Origin: Octopus vulgaris
Lineage: Eukaryota
Reading direction: 5' to 3'
Assembly (NCBI GenBank): GCA_951406725.2
Contig: OX597815.1
Span: forward strand, 128,526,001 to 128,590,000
Length of the DNA: 64,000 nt
Part shown: positions 25,669 to 38,367 of the stretch, one piece after another
How the letters are laid out: every line of letters begins with the position of its first letter
Numbering within the stretch: position 1 is the first letter of the stretch
Position numbers and translations under genes: made by a program
Notes under the pieces: model-generated
Database searches by the model: none
Seen by the model: only the letters and a program-made list of their open reading frames with translations
Told to the model about the DNA's origin: nothing

Positions 25669-26040
25669 CATCATCATCATTTAATGTCCGTCTTCCATGC
25701 TGGCCTGGATTGGACAGTTTGACAGGAGCTGAGAAGCTGGAGGGCTGCACCAGGCTCCAGTCATCTGTTTTCACATGGTTTCTGCTGCTAGTTGTCTTTC
25801 CTAATGCCAACCATTTTACAGAGTATATTGGATACATTTTATGTGGGGCCAATATGGGTGCTTCATATGTGACACCAACACCAGTGCTTTCCGTGTGGCT
25901 CCAACATGGGTGCTTTGTGTGGTGCCAGCAAATGTACTTTTGATGTGATACCAGTTCAGGTGTTCTTTATGTGAGGCCAGCACAGGTGCTTTTCCTGGTG
26001 CTAGCATAGGTGCTATTTACATGTCATCAACATGGGTGTA
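25669..26040 (-). mobile_element. RTE 3' tail followed by a ~25-bp minisatellite derived from an RTE UTR motif
   Basis: (CAT)n plus tail sequence at 25669-25840, then about 8 degenerate units of gggtgcttt..atgtg..ccarca. Confidence 0.7.
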
Positions 26041-26099
26041 TATATATAATGTCAGTATATGTGTATGTGCTTGTATGCATTTGTGTGTGTGTGTGTTTG

Positions 26100-26136
<37 letters not shown>

Positions 26137-26165
26137 ATGTATATATATGTGTGTATAATGTCATT

Positions 26166-26900
26166 ATCATCATCATCGTTTAGCATTCGCTTTCCATGCT
26201 GACATGAGTTGGACAGTTTGACTGAGGACTGGCAAGCCAGTAGGCTGCACCAGTCTCCAATCTGATCAGGCGAGGTTTCTAAAGCTGGATGCTCTTCCTA
26301 ACGCCAACCCCTCCGAGAGTGTAGTGGGTACTTTTTACGTGCCACCAGCATGGGATCCAGTCAGGGGGCACTGGCATCAATCACGTTTGCATGGTACTTT
26401 TTACACAGGTAACCAGTCAGGTAGCACTAGCACCGACCCATGCTTGAATGGTGCTTATTTTGTGCCAACAGCACGGGTGCCAGTCAGGCAGCACTGGCCA
26501 TGACTAAGATTTTGCTTTCACTTGACTCAATAGGTTTTCTCAAGCACATCATATCACCCGACACTTCAAGGATACTTTTAAATGGACCAGTTATGCTACA
26601 TTGGCATTGGCCACGGCTGCAATCTCACTTTACTTGCTGGGTTTTCTCAATCACAGCATATCTCCAAAGGTCTTGGTCTCTTGTCATTGAGGACACACAG
26701 CTGTCCTCAATCATATGTAACACATGATCATACCAGTGCAGTTGTCTCTCTTGCTCACTATATCTGATGCTTCTTATGTCTAACTTTTCTCTCAGGGTGC
26801 TTACACTGTCATGTATGCACACTGACATTACACATCCAGCGAATCATACTAGCTTCATTTCTTTCAAGCCTACGCATGTTCTCAGCAGTAATGGCCCATG
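26166..26900 (-). mobile_element. RTE LINE 3' fragment with internal deletions
   Basis: ORF 26625-26828 (SVSTLREKLDIRSIRY...RQLHWYDHVLHM) plus UTR and (CAT)n. Confidence 0.85.
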
Positions 26901-27899
26901 TCTTAACCAAAGTAGCTGCCATAATGGTGAGGCTAAGTTTAATCCAGACCACTCAGCAAGACAGTGACAGCTTGATAGCATTGCTGCAGCACCTTCCTTA
27001 CTTCTTGATGGTGTGATTAAATCTTGTTTGTGTGTGGAGTATGTAGAGTGCAATGGTCAAATGTTATCTTTAATCACTTACAGGTAAATACAACTAGTTT
27101 CATGACTGTAGTAAGACTGATCTAGTTAACTACAACTCACCTCTACAAACACTGGTCAAAAGAAATGTTGTTCAAATGATGAGGAAATACCATAGATTAT
27201 ATTGGAATCTTCTGTGTGCTTAGTATACAACCCAGTTTTGATGACATTTGAGCTGCCTTGCTCTTTCACTTGTGTTGCTGAAGTTGTTAGGAAAAGTATA
27301 AGATTCACAATTTAATGTTCCCTGCTTAATAGTAATAAGTTCTCTCTTACTAGCATCAGCAATCATTGACATTCATGCCAAAGTCTAAAGATTCATGATT
27401 TTATGATTTTTTTTCTTTTTTGTGGCCAAATGGGGTACAGCTTCAGCAGTGGTTTTCCAATGCCTTCTGTGGTTTGATTACAATTCACTCTGCTCATCTT
27501 TTGCTTTTCTGAACTGAGCTGTGAGGCACAAGGCTCATTTAACCTTTTAAGCAGAAGGTATTGGCTCATGTGACAACAGAGTATGTTTACACATTGGTGG
27601 ACCTGTGTGATACGTGTGCAAGTGCCAGCCCTTGTTTGAGTTTTTTATGTCTTAGACACAGGACCATCTACTATTTGACCCATAGCTAAAGCCCTTGACA
27701 GGTGCTGGAATTAATGGTGGCTAAGGATTAACTCCACATTCCTCAAAATTGTCAAACTTCTGACCTGAAGCCTCATCATTGGATGAATGCAGTCTTGCCT
27801 GATCATAATTTATATCAGCACATAGCCACAATGGGATGCGGTGGAGGTTATTTTTCACTGGATTAGCCAGTTGCACTATCTGCTGTGTACTTTCTATCA

Positions 27900-28170
27900 A
27901 CTCTGAAAAAAATGAAAGACAAAATTTGAAAGATGGAAACTGTGTGTAAGCCTGTCCTATATGTGTTTGTATGTGTGTGTTTCTCCCATTGTTTAACAAT
28001 TGGTGTTGGTTTGTTTACATTCCTATTTCTTAACAGTTTGGCAAAAGACACTGATAGAATAAATACTAGATTCAATAAGTACTGTGGTCAACTTGTTCAA
28101 CTGGACCCTTGAAGGTGAGGTGTCCAGCATGACCAAAGTCCAGTAGCTGAAACAAATAAAAGACAAAGAT
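27900..28170 (+). mobile_element. SINE family B (body and 3' module)
   Basis: agatggaaactgtgtgtaagcctgtc...ggtgttggtttgtttacat...gatagaataaatact...ccagcatgacc...ctgaaacaaataaaaga. Confidence 0.65.
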
Positions 28171-28194
28171 ATCTTTTCATCACCTACTACTCTT

Positions 28195-28410
28195 GGAGAC
28201 ACATGGCTTAGTGGTTAAGGTGTCATACTCATGATAGTAAGACTGTGGTTTTGATTTCTGAACTGACCAATGCATTGTGTTCTAGAGCAAAACACTTCAT
28301 TTCACGTAGCTTCAGTCCACTCAGCTGGCAAGAATGAGTAATCCTGTGAGGGCCTGGTGTTCTATCTAGAGGAATATATACGCTACAGAAACCAGGAAAC
28401 TGGCCCCCTG
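28195..28410 (+). mobile_element. tRNA-headed SINE, family D
   Basis: A-box-like tggcttagtggttaagg; body gagcaaaacacttcatttcac...cagtccactcagctggcaagaatgagta; reverse copies at 5445, 56110, 60445 and 61175. Confidence 0.7.
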
Positions 28411-29429
28411 AGTATTGTATTTTCTTGAACTAATCATTTGAACTCCATTATTTTACATGAATATAATTCATTATTAATTTTATTTTTCCTTGTTATTACA
28501 GTTGTCAGATCATTGTTCAACTCTTATGTCATATAGTACATGTCCAATTCCTAATTGTAAGCCTTAGAATCACAATTGATAAAAATGTTGAAACGAAAAC
28601 AGAAATTTTAATTTAATATTTTAAAACCTCAAGAGCAATTTAAATCACGTTAGTATTATAGAATATGAGCTGTTGTATTTTGTAAGAATGAGAATTTTAA
28701 TTAAAATATTTAGTTTATTCCTTTCGGCTCACTTGACTGTTTTCCCCCAGCCACTCTTTCAAAGCAAATTTCCTGACTGATATTCTTTGTTACCTCAAGT
28801 TATCAGACCATATTGTGATATTTGCTGCTGCTGCTATTATTATTATTATTATTATCATCATCATCTCCTCCTCTTGTCTCATTCTGATTTGATGAACAAT
28901 TAATTTTTGAGAGAAAGAATGTGAGTATCATTGCATCTTTTGAACTGTGTAATGATACAATTAGAGAAAATTTTCAAAATGAATATTTGCTTTCTTCTAG
29001 TGAAATGAAGCTTGTGATTTATTTGAAAATCCACTGGAAATATGTGGTGGCCATGCCTTGCCCAATAATAATAATATAATTATCAAAACTAAAAATTCCA
29101 ATTATCTTCTTTGACTCCTTTTTGTAAGAAATAACCATCATATTATATTATAGATCAAAAATACTATAATAATTAAGGGTTTTTAAAAAAATTTTAATTT
29201 GTTTTCAAGGCATACTCCTACCCACTCTTATATATAATGTCGGGTAGTCATATATCTCTTTTATAGCAAGACACCTGTACTTGATGCTCTCGCATATTTT
29301 AGCCTCTCACCACCTAGCATAAACCCACCCACCTTACTTAAATGTAGGGTCTTTTTCTTTTTCCTTGTTCTTCTGTTTTGTAACTTGCTTGGCTACCTCA
29401 CAAGTGCTAGTGAAATAAATAATAAAAAA

Positions 29430-29600
29430 AAAGGCACCCAGTACACACTGTAAACTGGTTGGCATTTAGAAGAGTATCCACTCATGGAAAACATGTCAAA
29501 GCTAATACTGGAGCTTAATGAAGCCCTGTAGCTTGCCAAATCCTGTTGAGCCTTCCAACCCTTATCAGAATGGAAAATAGACATTAACTGATGATGATAT
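29430..29600 (+). mobile_element. RTE 3' tail fragment
   Basis: gcacccagtacacactgtaaactggttggcatttagaagag...gacattaactgatgatgat. Confidence 0.6.
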
Positions 29601-29834
29601 GATAATGAGATGTTTTGTTTTTACTAAAGGGGTCATGTTTAATTGGCTCACTCTAAACTGACTTCAAAAAGGATGAAAGAATAAGACAAAATATAAATTT
29701 AAGAAAGAACAATCAAGGTGAGATCTGAACTGAGAAATATAATAATTGAAAGTAAATACTGTGAAGTGCTTAGTTTTACTTCAGGCAATCATATACACTA
29801 AATGACTATTGTCATCAATAATGATAATAATAAT

Positions 29835-30219
29835 AATAATTCTTTCTACTGAAGGCACAAGGCCTGAAATTTTGGGGGAATTGACCCACATTGACTGGTA
29901 CTTAATTTATTGACCCCTCCAAAAGGATGAAAGTCAGAATTTGAACTCAGAACATAGTGTCTGGTAAAAATACCGCTAAGCAATTTGTCCAGTGTGCTAA
30001 TGATTCTGTCAGCTCACCACCTTAAAAATAATAATAATTATAATCCCTTCTACTATAGGCACAAAGCCTGAAATTTTGGGGGAGGGGGTAAATTGATTAC
30101 ATTGACTCACAGTACTTGACTGGTATTTAATTTATTGACTCCCCCAAAGGATGAAAAGTAAAGTCGACCTCAGCAGAATTTGAACTCAGAATGTAAAGAT
30201 GGACAAAATGCCACCTTAA
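29835..30219 (-). mobile_element. Two tandem SINE family A copies (29835-30024 and 30040-30219)
   Basis: Each begins aat(c/t)ctttctact...ggcacaa.gcctgaaattttggggg on the plus strand; separated and flanked by (TAA)n. Confidence 0.8.
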
Positions 30220-30229
30220 TAATAATGAT

Positions 30230-30445
30230 GATGGAGAAATTTGAATTGAGATGAAGGTAGAACATGCTCAAAAAACTGCTCTGTTGGGGACGGTGAGGAT
30301 TTTGAGGTTGGCACTTGGGTAAGTGTCTTGGAAAGAGAACCTGAGAGACCTATGACAAGTTGCTGTCCACTCTTGTAGAGAATTAAACAGAGCAGGTAAA
30401 ATTGACAGATGAGACGGAAAACAATTCAGTAATAATAATAATAAC
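30230..30445 (+). mobile_element. Short 3' end of an R4/Dong-type element
   Basis: VEHAQKTALLGTVRILRLALG* followed by a UTR similar to 22370-22515, ending in (TAA)n. Confidence 0.8.
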
Positions 30446-30615
30446 ATTGTTTGTAAGTGAGAATGTTTTAAATTTTTTTTTGTTTAAGATCTGATTCATA
30501 TTTCATTGCTTAGATAGCATTCTTAATTAGTTAATTGTTTGTGTAATGTTAATTAATTTAATAATGAAAGGTACAGTCAGTAAAGTTGAATTAAAAGTAT
30601 AGCTCTATGTGTGCA

Positions 30616-30700
30616 TAGATAGATAGATAGATAGATAGACTGACAGACAAACAGATAGTTTGACAGACAGATAGATTGGTAGACAAACAGATAGATACAG
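30616..30700. repeat. (AGAT)n / (AGAC)n microsatellite
   Basis: Directly visible. Confidence 0.85.
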
Positions 30701-31512
30701 GGGTATGAAGTTTGCTTTACAACCACCTAGTTTTAGGTTCAGTTACACTGAGTGGTACTTTGGGCAAGTACCTTCTGTTATAGCCTGATACTTTGTGAAT
30801 GAATTTGATAGATAAAAACTTTATACATGTACTTATGTGTGTGCATATATGTATGAGTCATGAATGTGCCTGACTATTGGTATTTCACAGCTTGTCATTG
30901 TCTAAGTGAAACAGTGATTTGATGTTTATGTTCCTTGTTGGCATTGGATTTTTTATTCTTTTACTTGCTGCAGCTTAATGAAAAAATGATATAGAGCCAA
31001 TATGGGAGTCTGTATGTGATTGCATGACCTACTATAAATAATAGTTAAATCTCACTCAAATTACACTCTGTCATCTTTGAGAATAGAGAAAGGACACATT
31101 GGATAATGTAGTCTTAGATGCACTCTGCTTTAAGACAAAATGAAGGGTCACTGCTGGAATAGGTTTACTCAGTTACAGTTAATCTTGGACTAAACAATAT
31201 GGTGTTAATTCTTAATTTTAATTTCCAATAAAGAGGCTATTTATTTCATTCAATATATTAGTATTTTAGTAAACTAGTTTTGTTAATTTGATAAGTAAAT
31301 CCATACATGATAAATAATAAAAAAAAAAACTTTTTAAAGTCATATAATTTAATATTTAAGATTGTCTGCCAATGTGACAAAATGATAAAGGTATTGGTTC
31401 ACCATCATCATAATTTTAAAGAATTTTTTTCTCTTTTCCATGCTGACAGTTATCATATGGTAATACAGCAGTGTTTCACATAGGCAAGGAGAGGGTAGAT
31501 GGCTATGCTTAA

Positions 31513-31725
31513 CCCTTTTATTGCCATATTTCTGGTGAAATGCAATGCTAACATTTTCAAATAATTTAAAAATTTACAAAGAACTTAGAAAATTAACTTT
31601 GTCATTGTCAAGATAGTATTTAGAACATAAATTAACATGAAATTTTGATAGAAGCTTTTTATTTAGATCACTTTAAAATAGGAAGTTTGTATTATAATAC
31701 AAAGGGTGGGTTGATATCAAAAGTG
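31513..31725 (+). mobile_element. piggyBac-type MITE, family B
   Basis: TTAA at 31509-31512 and 31726-31729; ccctttt start; family interior. Confidence 0.75.
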
Positions 31726-32693
31726 TTAATGAAATTAAGACAATCTCCCACTTTTGAAGTCCATGGATGCAGAATATATTTTGTCACCACTTTAATACAG
31801 AGGTGCTGTGATACCAAAATATTTCAGTAATATTTTATTGTGGACAGTTTGTATTTATCAATTTGAGAACTATTGATCAACAGATAAGTATAGCAACACT
31901 GTTCTCAATCTTGTGAGATCCAACACTTTCAGAATTTATTTCTTCTTTGGACTTCTTCCACCATAAATGCTTCCATCATGAGCACATGCTGATTTTCTTT
32001 TTTTATTTGTTCACAACTGTTAAACTTGTCTTTAGGATTTTGAAGCCAGTTGATATACACACCATTTTTATTGAATTTAACCTAAAGCTAATAAAGTTAG
32101 TAGTTATCAATTGATTTTTTTCTCCCCAGTATCTGCTGGTCTAACAGATTGGAAGAAATATGAAAATATTTCTTTTGCTTGACTTCAGAGTATCTTGTTA
32201 GATCTGTCCATTCATCATGAAACTTACGGAACTTCTTGGAGTTCTTAGATTCATCTTGGAAATAACAAATCAATTTCTTTATATAGATGCCAGAAGTTGA
32301 GTCTCATTATGACCTAACAGAAGATTTACAGTATTTTATTATACGTAAAGACTATTAAAAAAAGATAAAGCCTTGTCAATTCTATTTTGTATCATGCTAC
32401 AAATTTCAGTTATTTTATTTTTGATAAGTTCATTGTCTGGTGTTTTCGTTACTTTCTTCAAAATTTTCTCCAAGTAGTTTGAAGAGGGTATTTACCATAG
32501 ATAATATTACCCTATCAGTGATTTAAATAGAAATTCCTAACTGGCTTATTGTTGAAGATCATTTGATATGAAACTTAGTAAGATATGGGCCTTGTCTATG
32601 AAGATGATTTCACCTATATAGGTGGGTTTTTTTCTTCTTTTAGAATGTCTAATCAAGATTTATGACTGAAAGAAATTGACTCAGTTTCAAATT

Positions 32694-33722
32694 TCATCAT
32701 CATCATCATTTATCTCCACTTTCCATGCTGGCATGGGTTAGACAGATTGATTCGAACTGGTAAGCTGGAGAGCTATACCAGATTCCAGTTTGATTTTTGG
32801 CTTAGTTTTTACAATTGGATGCCCTTCCTAAGGCCAACCACTCTGAGTGTAGTGGGTGCCTTTAATGTGTCACCAACACCAGCAGCAACTATGATATTTC
32901 TTGGCAAGTTTCTCAACATGGCAAATTGCCAATGGTCTCAATCACTTGTCATTGCTTCCATGAGACACAACTTTCAAAGATCGTGCTTCACCACCTCATT
33001 CCATGTCTTCCTGGGTCTACCTCTTCCGCAAGTTCCCTCCACTGTTAGAGATTGGCACTTCTTTACACAGCTGTCCTTGTCCATATGCATCACATCACCA
33101 CACCAGCACAATATTCTCTGAAGACACTGATATTGCACATCCAGCAAAGCATACTATTTTCATTTCTTCCAAGCCTTCACATGTCCTCTGTGGTTACAGC
33201 CCATGTTTCACTGCCACATAGCATGGCTGTTCACACACGGGTATCATACAATCTGCCTTTCACTCTGAGGGAGAGGACCTTTGCTACCAACAAAAGTAGA
33301 AGCTCTCTGAACTTTGCCCAGCCTATTCTTTTTCTCGCAGCTATGCTCTCGGAGCATCCACCTCTGCTGCTGACTTGGTCGTCTAGATACCAGAAGCTAT
33401 CAACTACTTCTAGGTATCTCTCCTGACATTTGATGGAGTCTATTTTCTGTACATTTCTAGTGTTTATTGTACCTGTACATCTGCCACATACAAACTATTT
33501 TCCCTGTTAACCTTTCACTGATATTACTGAACCTCTTATGTCTCCATAGCTTGCACTGGGTACAACTTATGGAGTTTCTACCTATGCCCTTTCTACATTG
33601 AGCAGGGCCATCTACTTGAAGACATTTGTGATTTGTTGGTTTTCCTACTTGCTAAGACTTCAATTTTTGCTAAATTAACTCTAAGGCCCTTTGATTCTAG
33701 ACCTTGCTTTCACTCAAACTTT
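32694..33722 (-). mobile_element. 5'-truncated RTE LINE with a PHD-like insert in the RT
   Basis: KQGLESKGLRVNLAK...RWPCS-CRKGIGRNSISCTQCKLWRHKR...FVCGRC...LEVVDSFWYLDDQVSSRGG...[11 protein letters not shown]...KGRLYD...GSETW; (CAT)n tail at 32694-32710. Confidence 0.9.
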
Positions 33723-33999
33723 TTTCTCTTGTAATTGGATAAGTCTAGCTTTTGTCTTAATTTGGTCATGTATAATTGAAATGTCTTTATAAAATGTTAC
33801 TTCAAGAAGTTGGAGGCTATAATTTTGTGTATAATTTTTCCATTGTGGAATTTAGGAAGCCAACCCAAGATATGAAGATTGTTAAAGTTTTCTTTTGCAG
33901 GAATAGTTCAGTCTTACACTGGAATGAATAAATAAGTAGACAAAGTAATGAGTTCCAAGTTGTCTAAAATGGTTAAGATGAGAAACTTACAAGCCTTTT

Positions 34000-34184
34000 A
34001 TTATTATATTTATATTGAAATATGCTGCCTCCATTTCAATTAACGAAAAATTTAATAAAACAACAGTCAGTATTAAAACTGGTGTTTGGAGCATAAAATG
34101 AGATTTTGGTGAAAGGTTTTAATTTGAAGAAAGAAATTTGTCATAGAACCAGGAGTGATCTCAGGAAGGTTGGTATTAAGGGGT
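34000..34184 (+). mobile_element. piggyBac-type MITE family B (decayed)
   Basis: ggtgtttggagcataaa...gaaaggttttaattt...tcatagaaccagg...ggttggtatt..gggt followed by TTAA. Confidence 0.6.
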
Positions 34185-34657
34185 TTAAATCAAACAAAAA
34201 TAGTTACCTGTTAGATATCTTTCCCCCAGTAGAGTAACAATAGTTTGGTGAGAAAATGCTTAATTTCTACATAGATTACTAATCCTGCTTTAAATAAGTT
34301 CTTTGCACATTCAGTTTGCTATATATTATAGTGTAAGTCAAACAATACTCTGGTGTCATTAACAGCATAGCTATTCACTGCTTTGCCCTGTCGTCACCAT
34401 TGTTAGCTTTCATTTATCTATAGTTTATATGGTACCAGTATATTGACCATTATATGGAAATCTATAAAACTAGTTTTACTTGAAAACTTTTGGTACTGAA
34501 GGGAGGGAAAAAAATCTTTTCTTCAAATTACAAGATTAATAGGGTTGGTGCTCAACATGTGTTTCTTTCTATAATCAAACCTAACATTGGATATGATTTT
34601 GCCTGTTGCAGGTATCTTTTACTTAAGATGAAAATTGAACTCATTTCTGTTATTTAA

Positions 34658-34871
34658 CCCTTTTGATACCAACCTGTCCAAGACTGCCTCTGGTTCTTTG
34701 ATACAAGTTTCCTGTTTTAAAAGTGATCTCCATTAAAACTTTAAACAAAAGTTTTATATTAATTTTTATGTTCCAAACACCCTCTTAGTTCTAAAAGTTA
34801 TTGCACTAAATTCATTATTTTCAAAATTAACAATGGTAATGCTTTTCAACAGAAATATGGTAATAAAAGGG
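34658..34871 (-). mobile_element. piggyBac-type MITE family B
   Basis: TTAA at 34654-34657 and 34872-34875; TIRs cccttttgatacc / ggtaataaaaggg. Confidence 0.85.
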
Positions 34872-36364
34872 TTAACAAATCACTCCGGAATTTCATGTTG
34901 CTATTACTGCTTATAGTAATGAAATATATCACCTACATTGTCCATTGTTGCGTGTTAATAGTCTGGACATAAACACAACAAGGAATTGGTGATAGGATAT
35001 AAAACACCAAATCTAGTTGCTCGTCTAGTACTCAATCAATATATTTATTTAATTAAAATATTTACTTTAGAAATCTGTTCAAATGTCAGTAATTTCTTGC
35101 TTAGACAAACAATGTTGCCATAAAATTTAAAACATTAGCAAGTTGAAGCAGATTGGCAGAATAGGAAACCAGATTACCTGGTTTGTAAAATACTATATTA
35201 AAGTAGGTTTCTGAGTTAACCAAAGTTACAATATAACATGCATTACTAAAAGGTGTCTTACTAATTACAAGTGAAACTACTCTTGCTTTCCCATAGTTTT
35301 CTAATTGTCTGCTAGTCAGCAATAGTATCTCATGAGTCACTCAATTAGCTTTGGCAATCAAAGCCAAAGCCATTCTATAAACCTGTCATAATTGATGTGT
35401 TCTCATGTGGATAAAACCCATCATAGAAAATAATGCCATCCATTAAAATCAGTTGTATTAAAGAAATTTTTATTATAATTTTAAAAATTGCATCAAAATC
35501 TTGAAGTTACTATGTAAGTGCATTGAAGCATTAATTTTCTTTGGTAATATTTAGTTTTTTTGTCTTCTTTATTTCTTGATTAATGATACAAGAAGCTAAA
35601 TTAACTGCAAAAGACTGTAATTGATAGCTTAGTGCTGCTATTAATTCTTATCATGCAACCAGATTACTGCATGGTTTATTATCTTTTATAAATAATGTTC
35701 TTTAAAAATATATTCCATCTAAATAGCTTTTCTCTTCTTCCCTTTCATATAACTACATAGATTTTGATAGTGATATCTCATAAGTGTATTTATCTAGTTG
35801 TATTACTGGTACTTGGCAAACATTGCTGAGTAGTTAGGTGATCTCTTGTCAACCCAGTTTTAATTTCTGAATGTAACTACTTTAGTTTACATATTTTACA
35901 TATCTTTCTGAAAAAGACGTTTTTTTTTTTTTTTCTATTAAAAAAAAAAAACTTCAGCTGGGTATGTAGCTGAATGAAATATTAGGAAATCATTTATACT
36001 GAAATTGTTGTTGCAGTCAGGATAGATATAGGCGTTGTTTCATGGACCACTGCAATTCATTTGACCTGTGTTTGTATCTCTGATTACCATGATTCTAAGA
36101 GGATGGGATATAAAACTCTCATTTTGGAAACATTGTCAATCTTGTTTTTGAAAGTTACTTGTCTCTCTGGCAGAATTGAATTTGGTACTGCAAGCTACCA
36201 AAGTAATTTTTAGTTTTATAGTGTGATGTGTGTTCTTACCTATCATTACTGAGTCACATGATTACCCCGTTTGAAAGTTAAATGTTTTGAGCTACAGACA
36301 TAACTGTGTTGCTAACAGGATGTAAACTACTGGCTTTTTGACTAACTTTTTACCAATGATGTCT

Positions 36365-36550
36365 AGTCCTTTAACATTTAAACTAGCCATATCAGGCCCA
36401 AATATTCTACCTGTATTATGGTCTCTCATACTTACCCTACAATGTAGTTCCAAAAATAAACAAGCACATCATCTAAATTTTGAAGCTGTGAGATAATGCA
36501 CGGTTAATTCAAAGCAATGTGAATAAATAAGCATTAATTTGACTGGATTA
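36365..36550 (+). mobile_element. piggyBac-type MITE family A (partial)
   Basis: cctttaacatttaaactagccatatcaggcccaaatattctacctg...taccctacaatg matches 11384-11600. Confidence 0.7.
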
Positions 36551-38367
36551 TTTGGGCTAGATGACAGTAGAGCCAAAAATTGTCATATTCCTGCTCAGTT
36601 TTAGTTCCTTACTTTCTCAGTTGAAATAGCAATGCTATAATTTTGTTCTGCAAAGCTTTTGGCTCCTAAAGGGAATACTTTGGTCTGTTAGATGTTAAAA
36701 ATGTTGTCAAATGTTGAAATTTGTTTTGGTCATCATGAGAATATGAGGAGTAAGAACTGAGAGAGTAAACCAAAAGTGTTCAACTTGCAAAGTTCTAATA
36801 AGAATTATCTTGAATGTCTAAAATATGTTGGCTAACTAGCATTAATAATGACCTTTACAATTTCAACATTGATGGCTGAATAGTTATGGTATTGTACTTG
36901 GGAAATCAGATCGGTACTCTGGTGTTTCTTTGTTGATTGCAGCCTCAATTTGTTCCACTCACTCTTTTCTTGCTATAAGCTACTAGGCATGTGTGTGTGT
37001 AGTTTATGGAAGCATGCTTTGAAGTGGCTGTAAATAAAACTCCTTATTCTTATTTTTCACTTATCAACTTGCATAGGTTGAACTACGTAAAATGTTAGAA
37101 AAAGAAACCTAGCTATTTCTTGCAATAAATACATTTAAAGCCAAATTTTTTCATGGACCCATAAAATACTACTGTGGATTTTCAATTTACTATTCTGCTT
37201 GTATGGACCCCCTAAATCTTATATGCTCCCCCCCCCCAACTGAGAATCACTGCTTTATACAACGGTAATTCTATATGTCTCATCCTTCACTATTCACCCC
37301 ACTCCACCCCCGACAGTATCATGCCAGCTGCGACATTGCACACCAGGAAGCAGTTTACATTAAAAAAAAAACTATATATTAAACAGGTAAAGCAGACAAA
37401 ATCTTAAATTCAGCTATGTTAAAGTATCAAAGCTAGTTAATGGATGTATATTTGTTTTTCGTTCTTTACTGCTGAACTAAAATATTCCACTGAGAGTGTG
37501 GCTCAATGATAGAGAGATTAGAAAAGTAAATTGATCAATCTGATCTACATATAGTTATGATCGTTACTTGAACTAGGCAGCCAATAAATGAAATAGCATT
37601 TAAAGCATTGGTATAATTAAATGTCTTCTTTACATATTGAAGCTACTGAAGAACTCTCTGTTGTTCCTGAAACTTCTGAAAATAGCAGCCAATACACTCT
37701 TTCTTTTAATTTTTATTCCATTCAAGTTCTCTGTTGGTTAGTCTGCCTGCCTCTCTCTCCTTCATTCCTTCACTTTAACTCACTTCCAGCAGAATTGGAA
37801 CAGATTTTGATATAAATTGTTAAACATGAATACAATTGCCATTGTTAATACTTCCAACAATTTATTTTAGACTGGTTAAAAATATCAGTTGAGGGTTTCT
37901 TAACAGTGTATGTGTATTTAGCTATTAGTTTAGTTCTTGATAAACTAAAGTGAAAGATAATTATTTTATTTTTTTCTAGTTAAAGCTAAGTATGTCTGGA
38001 AAGTGAGTACACTGGTTACTATTTTAATTCTATTGTATTTTCTTTAAATTTTTTTGTCACTACCGGTCATTGGTGGAGCACTAGTTTCAATGTATTTTAG
38101 CTGATTGTATTGGTTCCAATACGTCTTTCAGTCTGGTACTTATTACATTATCAAGTACTATTTGTTAAACTACTAAGTTACAGAATGTAAGGAAACAGAA
38201 TAAATGATTTAGTTAATCAGTTTAAACATAAACTATGTAAACATATGTTGGCATGCATCCTTGACATTTGCCACCCTCTCGTGAGCTCATAACACTGCCA
38301 AGGAAGTACTGCTTCCCGGGTTAAGAACCATTGGCCTAGAAGTATATAGCTAACAAGAAGAGGATCT

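Noticed and set aside
31930-32105. Minus-strand TACTAAC plus AG acceptor followed by a 50-codon open frame
   Set aside because: The branch point is very close to the AG with a competing AG between them, the peptide is unrecognised, and there is no clear donor.
32747-33426. Plus-strand 124-aa ORFs
   Set aside because: They are antisense frames of the decayed RTE on the minus strand.
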